From Antedon mediterranea (Eukaryota; Animalia; Echinodermata): DNA of 64,000 bases. The notes beneath the pieces are model-generated. The model searched no databases and had not been told where the DNA came from. It was given only the letters and a program-made list of their open reading frames with translations. This document shows, one piece after another, positions 48,766 to 60,700 of the stretch. The stretch spans positions 20,271,648 to 20,335,647 of the forward strand of contig NC_092673.1 in the NCBI RefSeq assembly GCF_964355755.1, read 5' to 3'. Made by a program: the position numbers and the translations under genes. Position 1 is the stretch's first letter; every line of letters starts with the position of its first letter.

Positions 48766-51700
48766 CTAATTAATCGCATAATTGAACTGGTTAGCAAATT
48801 TATCATTATGTCGTCTTTGTTCAAGGTTTGTCATTGCTTTAGCAATACGCTTCATTGAGGATCTGAAAAAAAAAATTATAAAATAAAATCAAACGTTTTC
48901 CATATAGCTTTACAAGTTTGAGTAGGCCTATTGATAAAATATTGAATGTATCAGTACTGTGGTGCTAGTATGAGCTATCATGAAAAGTTAGGCCATTAGT
49001 GGCAGCATGCTAGTGTCAGGGCCGTAGCCAGTATGAGGTCGTCTGAAATTTTCAATTTTCAACTCCCCCCGCCAATTCATATATTATATAAATAATTATA
49101 TTTAAAGCATCTTTGCCTCGTCTGTTTCTAACCTCTTGCTATGACCTTGAGAGTGATATTTATACATTCTTATTTCAGTGACTACATTTTGTTCTCTCAC
49201 TCCTGAGGATGACCGAAGAGCATTGATCGAAACGTCTTTTCTACACTATATATATTTTGTATACCGCAAACTTTATATCAACATATTGATTTCGTCATGT
49301 AACCTTTCAATAATATATTACAATTTGTTTATTCTTTAACCTATTTATTTAGCAAGCTTCTTTTGGGTAATCATACACACTGTTTATTGCGGTGACTTAC
49401 TCATAATCCTACAAAGTAAAATCCTACATTATTCCAGTACATAAATGCAGTTGTAACTACTACTACGGTACTACTACTACCACTATTATAATGATGAAAT
49501 AATGAATAATGATCCCTTACAACAGTGCTATTCAGCAACAAAAAATTTTAAAAATATACTACAGTACTTACGGATTAAACACCTTTTTTTCCAGTCTTGT
49601 CTGAGCTGTATTTTTAGTTTTCTTAATATCCGTTAAGTTTGGATATTTTTTTTTCTTTGCCTTTCCCTTTCTTCCTTTTCCCGTCTCTCCTGTTATCTCT
49701 TTAGATGAGCCCATATCACGGCCAGTCGCTGCTTCTATGTCACGTTGAAGGTCTTGGTCAAAAAATCCTCCAGTGGCTAGGAAACAAAAATATTTAGAAT
49801 GAAAAAATGATATGATGATTTAAATAGAGATAATAATGAGAATGATGAGACAATGAAGATGATAACTTTGTTATAGTCAGGGACGGATCGAGCATTATAG
49901 ATTAGAGGGGGCTAAATATTTCATTAATGATAAAAACGATCTGTCAGGTTGCAGGAAAAAAAAATAGTCATTATTTTATTTTAAAAAGTAAAATTTTAGG
50001 GGAGGGGGGGGGGGAGTGGCTAAAGCCTGTTTATTGTAATATAATGTTGGGTTGTTGAGGTACTAATGAAGACTCTGACTCGCTTGACTGTCGTAACACA
50101 TATATTATTTATTCAGTATAATACTTCAGTACAATATACAACTATAAGTATAGATAAGGAACGGACGGTCAATGATGCTGTCGGTGAGGTGTGAAGTGTG
50201 CAGGTCTGCTGTGAGGTGTGTGCTCCGTGAGGTGGCTGTAAGGTGTGTCTGGGCCCTTCTGAAACTTGGGAGTATATTGGCTCAGTTCATTTGCATAATG
50301 TCATTACATCATCTGTGAGGGTAACGATTGGTCCTAAGTTGATCCAGGGGTGTTTAAGTGGGAGTGATTAACGGTATAATAAGGTATTTCTGTGATGGAT
50401 GACACTGTCAAATCTGTACTTAAATAGTGTCCATCACTCCTGGTTTAACGATGGGAAAGGTCACAAAATTAAGCTAAGTGTTTTCTTTAGGGATTCTATT
50501 ATAAACTAAATGGTCATTAAAACATCTGGACAAACTCTCCTTTGGACTTTCTGGGTCAAGTTTGTGAACCTATTTAAATTCCGATACAAAGGTCAATTTC
50601 TTAAATATAAAAGTATATCCTTATATTACATCCCTCTGTTTCCCTTTTTTTTTTTCTAATCTATTTAACATATAAAAATGGTTATAATAGTGGCATGCAA
50701 AATTAAAGTTATATAAAAGAAAAAAAACATTATTATACATATAAACAAAAATTGAGTTAGCCAAAACCATTGACTCTGAAGTGTAACCTTATCACTTTCA
50801 CTCTCTCTCTTCTCTCTCTTAAAAAAATTAAAATCAAAATGAATTTGGTATAAAATTCGCGTAAATCAAACATAAATCAGTTAAAAATAAAATTACAAAA
50901 CTTCAAAATAGTATGTTACATTGAACATACATCAAATTCGTGCGACAACTCATCGCGTTCTAATGGTCTTCAAACATAAATCATCAAATTAAAACATAAA
51001 ACTCAAGAAAATGTGGCTGATTAGCCTAAAATCAAATATCAAACTTAATCACTTAAAACTTTAAAAGAAACAAATGTGTGTGTCCCGTTGACACAAACTT
51101 ATCCACAATATATCATTATCGTCACAACTTTATCGATTTAAGCATTTATATTCACAGGTAATTACGATTTCAATCGGTCGACAAATTCGACTTTTGTACT
51201 CAATGTCAACAAAATTACGATTAAAAGTACTAAGAAAATCTCCTGTTATTGTATATCAATTAATTAATGCTTGAGATTAACGACTCAAAGGTTCAACAAA
51301 ATATTTGTTACAAAATGATTGTCGTTCTTTTCAATATCTCAATATATCGATCATCAAAATTCAAAATTAATCATTATCAAACTCGTTACAAAATCAATAC
51401 TTAAACATAAATTCAATTCTCTTTTAACTGAAATCACATTATTATTAAACAAATCTCATCAAAAATACGTAGACTATGCTATCATTAATTTAGCAAATGT
51501 CGTAATTAAAAAATAATCTTGCAAAAAAAATTAAATCAGTAATTCGTTGCATTATACAAACGTTTTATGAATCGTTTTGGCGATCCACTTATCGGTATCT
51601 GTTTATCATTAATGATCTCTTTAATCAATTTATCTGTATCGTTATATCTGTCAATATTCCACCAAAATTTGCGATCATTAGATTCGTGTTTTGTTTTATC

Positions 51701-54700
51701 AGTGTTGCGTTTGGCTGAAGTCGGTTTAGAATACGAAACTAAAACTTGGAAATGTCCTGCTTTAAATCTACCTCGGTTTAAGGTCATACTTGAATCATTA
51801 GGTGCTGTCATAATTAAATTAGTTTGTTCCTTAATTTGTTCCTCTTTCATTTGGAATGGGGCTGCTAATCCCATGTTATTCTCTACACAGTCAATGTAAG
51901 GTTGCAAGTTAAGGGGTGCTACTTTAGTTGGATGTGTAAGGGTATCTGATTGCAATTGGGTGGGTGTCCTATCATGTTCGTCTACAAATTCAACATTGGT
52001 TTCGTCATTTACTACATTAATGGTGTTTTGGATTTTCTCGTTATTATCATCGGTGGGTTCATTCAACAATTGTTTAAGTTTTTGGAGATGTGTAAAATTT
52101 TTGCGTTCTTTGGGTGTTCTCATAAAACAGGGTTTCAGTCTGTTATAATTGAATACGTCGCGAAGTATTTCTCCTTTAATCGTCGCTAGGATGTAGTGTG
52201 TTCTGTCTAGTACTTCATGAATTACTAATGGTCCGACCCATTCTGCGGCGATTTTCTTTGAATTTGCCGTTAGTGATGATGATGTTGGCTTGTATAAATA
52301 TACGAGTTGTCCTACTGAGTAAATTGGACTTTTTTCTAAGCGTTGGGAAATCTTTGAGTTTTGGACGTTTTGTTGTGTTCGCTGTAGTTGTAGCATTGTC
52401 TGTGAAATGTTTTGAAATTTCTTCTTGAGATGTTCAAAGTATTCTTCATAGGAATGAGACAATCCTGAAATAGGGTTAAATGCTAATGAGGTCAAACTTG
52501 GAGGTTGGCGGCCAAAAACTAATTCGTAAGGGGAGTGGTTTCCTAGATGTGGGGATGAAAACGAGTTATAAGCATAACATGTTGTTGATACAAATCTAAC
52601 CCAATCTGTTCCGAATTGGTTAAGGTTGACCTTTAACAGGTCCGATACGGTGCGGATATGACGTTCAACTTGTAAACTACCGTGATTGTGGACGCTGATG
52701 ATTTTCCTATCAATATTAAGGGTGTTACATAATAGTGTTAATAATTTTCCTGTAAGGGAGGTTGCTGCATCTGAAATAAGACGAGATGGGGGTCCAAAAA
52801 TACTGATGACCTTTTGAATTAGTGCTTCACAAATTGTTTCGGCATCAATGGATTTCAAAGGTACACAAATCAAAAATCTAGTTATCTCATCACATACTAC
52901 CATAATATGTTTAAAACCTGAAGGTGATGTTGGCATACTCTTAAAATCTAGACTGAGTGTATGAAAGGGACGGTAAGTTGCTGGTACTCGATCGTGTAAA
53001 GGACGTAATTTATCGGTTTTGGGACGAAATTGTTGACATCTAAGACACGCTTGGGTATAATTGTTGACTTTCTCGAACATAAGGGGCATGAAAAATAATT
53101 TCCTAATAGTAAGGTAAGTACGCATCGTACCTTGGTGGCTACTTAACAAATTTTCGTGATACTGAGAAATAACAGTCTCTGCTAAGTTTTCAGGAACAGC
53201 TAATTGCAATACAAATTCTCCACCTTTATCTTGGAAAAATAAACGGAATAGTAAACCATTGCACAATATGTACTGTTCTGACTTATTCTGAACTGCACGA
53301 GCTGCTTTCTTATCAGCTGGAAGGATATCATGAACTAAATAATCGTAAACTGGCTTAAAAAATGGTGAAGTTTCTTGTTCAACACGTAATTGTTTAACAT
53401 CTACTGGGAGGTTATAATCTCTAATTATCTTTCTTTGAATAACATCCATTAATCTATCTAAGTCTTGTTGTTTTGGGATGTGTGCTGACTTAAATTCAGT
53501 TATGTTTGGTACTAGTGGTTTGGGAGATGTATACAATTCAACTGGTACATTTCGATGTGTAGTATCTTTGTTTTGCTTACTTTTGTCTACTAGTCGTTCC
53601 TCTGGAGGTTGTCGAATGTTTACATTACGTATTGGGGGTGGCGTTACGATAGGTGGCGTTATGATAGGCGGTGTTATGATAGGCGGTGATCGATGTGCGT
53701 TTGTTTGTTGTCTCGTGATTATTTGTGGTGTAGCAGTAGGTTGAGGTGTGGGTCGCGTGTTTGTTGTCACTGGGTTTTGATTAATGACAGGTGTTTGTAC
53801 TGGTTTGGGTTTATGTAGGTCAGGTATATTTATTCCCATTTTCTTGGCGTATGACCTTGTTACTGGTCTGCTAGTAGATGTGTTTGTAATCGGGTTAAGA
53901 GATTCAGTCTCTGTAATATTAAATGCAATGGGTACAACTTGATCAATTTCGGAATCGTCATCACGAGGGGCTCGGGAGAGAAAATCTGCTAAAACTAATT
54001 CAGTTCCTTTCTTATAACCAATTTGGAAAATGTATCCGGACAATCGTAATATTAGTTTCTGTAAACGGGGTGTACATGGCTGATCTTTTGAATTCCAAAT
54101 TTGTACAATTGCTGAGTGGTCTACGAATGCATCAAATTCGCAACCCTTTAGTAAATGTCGAAATGCTGAAACGTTAATGTAAAGTCCAAATAACTCTAGT
54201 TCTGTGACGCTATATCGTTGACAGGCTTGTGGTAAGATTTTGGAATAATAACCTATTATGTGTTCTTTACCGTTTACTGTTTGTGTTAAATAGGAACCTG
54301 TTGCGGTTCTTGAAGTGTCGCTATATAGCGTAAATCTACCTTCTTTTCTAGGCATTTGAAGAGTTGGTGGTTTAACCATTAATTGTTTAATTTCGTCAAA
54401 TGCTTTCTGGTGTTCAGTAGACCAACAAAATTTTCGGCGTTTACTTGCGAGTGTGTGTAACGGACGTAAAATTGATTGTATTTGAGGGAAAAAATGGGAT
54501 ACATAGTTTACTGCACCAATAAATCGTTTAGTTTCTTTATGGGTTCGTGGGACTGGCAAATTTCGGATAGCTGCACACCTGTCGCCTAATGGTGTGATAC
54601 ATGCGTGTCCTGAAGAATTAATCAGGATGGTGTGTCCCATATATTGCACTTTATTCTTGAATAACTTACATTTCTTTGGACAAATTCTAAAACCATTTAA

Positions 54701-57700
54701 TTGTAGGGCTTGTAAAACGGAAACGAGGTGCTGCTTATGAGCAAATTTGTCTTGGCTAAATAAAATAATATCATCGTGATGGGCGATACAGAATTCTCTA
54801 GAATTTGGGATTTCATTTAAAATTTCGTCAATCTTTGCTTGAAATATACCTGGTGAAACGTTTAATCCTTGTGCTAATCTCTTATAATAATAATGTTTTC
54901 CACCATGATATGAAGCTATACCTGTGTATTGTTGGGCATGTTCGGCTAATGGTACACAGTGGAACGCTGATTTCAAATCAATTACGCTAAGAATCTGTGC
55001 ATTAGCGTTACCTATTGTTTTCAGAGTTTCGGCTAATAATGGGAATGGGTGATTAATACGTTTTATCCTGGAATTTAGATAGCGAAAGTCTGTGACAACT
55101 CTTTTATCTTTTGAATTTTTCTTTGAAACAAGAAGGACAGGGGAAGTATACAATTGGTGTCCTACTGCTAAGATTCCTAATTTGACTAATTTGTTCAATT
55201 CGGCCTCAATGACATGTTTGTCTTTGTCTGTCGCGAAGTATGGTCGAATAAAAAATGGTTCATCGTTAGAGAGGTGTATGTCAGCTTTGAAGTTTGGGCA
55301 GCTAGATAGTTCACCATAAAGTGAAAATGCGTTTCTGTTTTGTTGTAATATTTTATACAAATCTTCTTTTTCTCTATGTGTTAAAACGCTGTCTGTTAAA
55401 TCAACTTGTTTTCTAATTATTTCTTCCTCGGTTAAAGTTAGCAATGGGTCTGTACGTTCTAAATGTGGGTACTTGTTTGCGTTGTCATTGGTCAACTTTA
55501 TTCTATCAATTGGTAGGTCGTTAGTAACTGTTACAAGGTTGGTTAAGTGAAGGCTCGCGATAGGTTGATGTGTATTTAGAGATACGTTTCTGTTTGTGTT
55601 GTTAGTGATATCAATGTTGGTTTCTCCTCTATGTAATTTTACTAACATATCTGATGGACAAAGTTTTGAAATATGGGTGGTTGCATGTAGAACAACATCA
55701 GAATTGCGTACAAAGGCGGGAACCCTTCCTTTTAATTTAACTGTTTTAGTATCACCGGGTTTAAGAAAAATCTTGTGTACTGGACGAAAGCTAAAAATCT
55801 TTGGTCTAATGCGAAATGTGTTTTCCTTAAAATTTAAAGTACCGTCGAGTTCAGACAATGTTTCGGTTCCAAGTATCAGGTCAATACCTGTCAAATTTTT
55901 AACGATTAATGCTGAAATTTTAAATTTGTGTCCTTGGATAAATAATTCGAATTGCACTAAGTGGTTGGCATATAAGAAGTCACCGTTACCTAATCTAAAT
56001 TTAGTTGTGTTCACTTTAACTGGCTTTAAACGCGATAAATAAAGTGAGGAATTAACGTACGATTGTGAGATTATAGTTCTAGTTGAACCACTGTCAAATA
56101 AAGTTAAAACATTTCTACCATCTGGTAAATTTCCTTTAACGTAATTTCTGTCGTTAAGTAACAAATCAATATTATCTGAATTCCCTAAGTATTTTGCCTT
56201 AAAATTGTCGTATTTAGTATGGGGGGCCAGATTATAGGCGGCATCTAGTCCCCTTTTTAAAAATCCTGCTGGTGGCTAGGGTAGTAATTGTTTGACTGTT
56301 GGTATGGGTATGGCGGGGGATAGTTTCCGTAAGAGCGGTTTTGTTGTCGGCAGTGCCTTGCTATGTGGCCTGGTTTCCCGCAGTAATAACAGGTTGGGGG
56401 AGGTTGTCTATATCTTGGGGTCGGTGGGGTCTGGAATCGGGGTTTGTATGGGCTTGGGCTTCGGTTTCGTCTTGGGATATAATTTCGGGTGGGGGAACGT
56501 GAGCGTCGAGTATCATCATTAAGGGATCGTTTTGTTGTGGCCATGTCTAACTTGAGAGAATTTATCTCATGTTGGAGCGATTCGAGAATATTAGGCCTAT
56601 CTGTTTCCTTATTGATATTGAATGAAACTTCCCGTGTGGCATCATCTACGGAAAGGTCAAGGTAATTTTGTGTGCTATTTACAATATTTTCAATAGTGGC
56701 ATCGATTGGGGTGGACATGGCTACAGCTGCTCTACATTTTGGTGGAAGGGTCGAAATAAATTTATTCTTTATCTGCTGGTCAGCGTATCCAATTCTGTCT
56801 GCGGCTTGTTTGATTTTGGTTAAGTGCTTTTCGGCGTTGTCGCCAGTGGTGTATGTAATTGAATCGTATTCTCTTATGTGCGCATAGATTGATTTGTTTT
56901 TACTAAACCTGTTGATGAATTGGGTTTTTAAGGATTCTAGTGAATCGAACTGCTTTCCCTCAATCCAGAGTCTAGCTTGGCCCTGAAGGCTACGTTTAAA
57001 AATACTTATTACATTAATTAATTGGGCATTGTTTACAGGGTTTTCTAACGTGTGGGCCTCAAGGTAGTCGGTAAACGATAAGTAATGTGCACTACATTGG
57101 TCGTGATCGGTTATGGAACCGTCATATCTTTTGGGAAGGAAATCGGTTTGTCTTAGGTGGGGCACGGGGTGAGGATTGACGGGCTCATTTAAAATTACTT
57201 CGTTATCAACAACGTCGACCATACTTTATAATATTAATTATTAATCAAATATCAAAAACAATTTAGTGTATATGTAAACTCTCACTTTTCAATCAAGGTT
57301 ACAAATCAAAAATCAAAATGGTTTTGACTTACCCCAAATGCTTCGGATCCAATTAAAAATGAATTAAAGGAATGCAAAAAGTGTTCAAAAATGTTTAAAT
57401 GTTCAAACAACGAATTAAAAAAAATGCGAAAGGTGTTCATCAATGTTCAAAAAAGTAAATGTTAAAAAAAACGATCGAAAAAAAAACGGCGTGAAGTTGA
57501 AAGTGTTCAAACGAAATAGTTCTTGTCCGCTTGCTTCTGTTTTGATTCTGCTTGGGTCTTCCTAGATTATCTTCTTTGTCTTTATCCAATGGTTATAATT
57601 TGATAAAATTTCTGCTTGTCTCGATCTCATTCAAATATAATTTCAGCTTGTCTTTTGTGTCTTCCTCGATTATCTTCTTTGTCTTTCATCCAATGGTAAT

Positions 57701-60700
57701 AATTTGATCAAATTTCTGCTTGTCTCGATCTCATTCAAATATAATTTCAGCTTGTCTTTTGAGTCAAAGTAAATTTCTGGTTTTCTCCTTTCAAACAAAT
57801 ATGGTTATTTTTGTCTTCGTCTTCGTGTCTTGTTAAGTGTTTATTTCTTGTTTTCTCACTCCGTTCCTTATGAAATTTGGGTCTTCCACCATGTAATATA
57901 GATTTAATAAGGTTTATCGCAAATAGCTTGATTTTGCGAGGAACGTCATTACACAATTCATAATGGGAAGGGTTTGGGAGCAAACGTCACAATTGGGTCT
58001 TCCACCATGTAATATAATGTTTCGTTGTTGAGGTACTAATGAAGACTCTGACTCGCTTGACTGTCGTAACACATATATTATTTATTCAGTATAATACTTC
58101 AGTACAATATACAACTATAAGTATAGATAAGGAACGGACGGTCAATGATGCTGTCGGTGAGGTGTGAAGTGTGCAGGTCTGCTGTGAGGTGTGTGCTCCG
58201 TGAGGTGGCTGTAAGGTGTGTCTGGGCCCTTCTGAAACTTGGGAGTATATTGGCTCAGTTCATTTGCATAATGTCATTACATCATCTGTGAGGGTAACGA
58301 TTGGTCCTAAGTTGATCCAGGGGTGTTTAAGTGGGAGTGATTAACGGTATAATAAGGTATTTCTGTGATGGATGACACTGTCAAATCTGTACTTAAATAG
58401 TGTCCATCACTCCTGGTTTAACGATGGGAAAGGTCACAAAATTAAGCTAAGTGTTTTCTTTAGGGATTCTATTATAAACTAAATGGTCATTAAAACATCT
58501 GGACAAACTCTCCTTTGGACTTTCTGGGTCAAGTTTGTGAACCTATTTAAATTCCGATACAAAGGTCAATTTCTTAAATATAAAAGTATATCCTTATATT
58601 ACATTATCCCCCCCGCCTAGAAATTCATGCCTGATGGCATACTTACATTGCATGTTACTCTTTTCTTTCTGGTCTGAAGTTTCTGTGCCTGATGGCCTAC
58701 CACTTTCATCTCTTGCAATGATTCTTCCATGAAATGGACACTGAGGGATATGAAGCAAATTATATTATTTGTATGCTGACATTGGTTGTATAGGCCTTTT
58801 TAGTGGTATAGGCCCTTTTTATAGTACAGCATTAGGCCCTGCTGATGGTATTAGGCTCTTCTTTTGGTATAGGGCCTCCTGTTGGTATAGGCCTTCAGAG
58901 TGTATAGGCTTTTTTAGTGGTATAGGGCCTCCTGCTGGTATATTATTTATTTATTCTTTCTTTTGACTGGATTTAATTTTCAGTAACGTAGTACTGCTTT
59001 CAAAATGGTCCAGTTACAAGGTTTAAAAGTAAAGAAAAGTTAAAACATTTGGAAGGTTCTGGCTCATCCATATTTTCATTGCCAAAGAGAATTTAAATCA
59101 GTAATAATAAACAAAATGTCTGCACACAACTAACCTTAAAACGATCTTTACGTTCACATAATTTACCATTTGGTAAAGGACTTCTACAAGCCCACTTAAC
59201 AGGTTCAAATGTACCGCTGAAATTGATGTTTCGCCATTTTAAAGATGGTTTCTTTTTCTGCAAAAATAAAACAAATAACTAATCATAATCAAATCAGACT
59301 TATAATATTTGAAGAATATTTCTAATTGTAAGACTTCTTAATAGCATACCTCAATAACTATAAAATCTTCATTATCAGTTGGCCTCCAAAATCGATGATC
59401 AATATCATTTCTAAAAAAGAAATAATTCAAAACACTAAATATTTTAGCAAACAATAATATACTGCAAAGCTTTGTCTACACTATCAAACTAGTTTGACAA
59501 AAAAAGTGTGATGTGCCCAAATATGGTAGGGATATGCTTAAACATGTCCATATATGGGCACATCACATAAAGTTTGAGAGTGTAGACAGAGCTTTAGAGT
59601 TGGGTATGACAATTCTAATAACATTTAAACACATTCAATTCTGTGTACAGTAGAGGTACCTCTTATTTAAAGATTGAAGGATTAAGGAGGCTACAATTAT
59701 TCTATATTCAAGATCTATGTACAAAAATAATAATATTCTTAACAATTTTAACTTTGAACTTTAACCTGAACATGTTCATTCAGTTGTAGGGAGAGGTACC
59801 ATCACTACCATTTTTTTTTATTCAATATTTTACACAGAAGAGCCTCACAATGTGGAACTACCTTAGCTTCAAGGCGCCTTAGATAACAAATACAAATATT
59901 AATCATATACCTTGGAATTATTGGTGCTTCAAGTTTGTCCAAGTTATCCCAGTGGTATAAATCCATGTCAAAGGGCACAGATGGTGCGATGGCAAGCTCT
60001 TTCTCTCGTCTGCTAGCTGGATTTGATGCACTTGTTTTTACTGTTTTATGTTTACTGCTCATGTGTTTCTTTGGCAGACATTTACTAGATTCTCCTTTGC
60101 TATTCTCTTGTGGACAACTTGTAGTTCTTTAATGAAAATAATTAAAACCTCATTAAATAGGAAATGTATCTATGTGCTGATTTCAGTCAAAAAAGTTAGA
60201 TTTCATAGTAAACATAGGCACAAATTAATATGTATTACAGTAACTTAGGGAGTGTTCGCATGAGCACATAAACTGTAACGCTATTTCCCAAAATGCGCAA
60301 GCTAAATTCACGCAACTGTTCGCTAAACTACACTGGAATGTTGAGGTCATCCATTAAAGTTTCGGTGCTCCTGTGAGAACTCCCTAAAAAGAAGTCACTG
60401 GTTTAGCACTCCTAAGGGGCCGGGCCCTCAAATGCTGGGTAGTTGCATTAGACTGCTTATTCTCTGGAACACCTTAATCTCTAGCACCTTTGGGTTTAGC
60501 CAGTGAGCACTCATATTTATTATGCTACTGGGCAAAAATATGGAACATGTTGACTTACTTTGAAGCAGCTGCTAATCTCTTCTTTACTGACTCAAGTGCA
60601 GCTGCCCTACTCGTTGGGTCTATCAGATCTTCCCTCTTATCTTGTGTGATGTACCATTCTGAGGTGGATGCCTGCTCTGTTTCTGGTAATGGTTCTAGTC

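Larger units (their letters stand above)
50035..58603 (-). mobile_element. Full-length Gypsy/Ty3 LTR retrotransposon
   Basis: 596-bp TG...CA LTRs, TSD TTAT (50031-50034, 58604-58607), PBS TGGTGGAAGACCC from 58007 downward, PPT GGGAAACAGAGGGA at 50644-50631, gag and pol in PR-RT-RH-IN order. Confidence 0.97.

Noticed and set aside
50631-51535. env-like third ORF in the Gypsy element
   Set aside because: No long minus-strand ORF; AT-rich 3' UTR.
45030-56260. Diversity-generating retroelement linking the unusual Gypsy RT to the NLR variable patches
   Set aside because: The RT is part of a complete gag-pol LTR element, there is no template-repeat/variable-repeat pair, and the LRR variation is not adenine-specific.
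51567-56887. Plus-strand ORFs overlapping gag and pol
   Set aside because: Antisense shadows of long coding frames, with no motifs.
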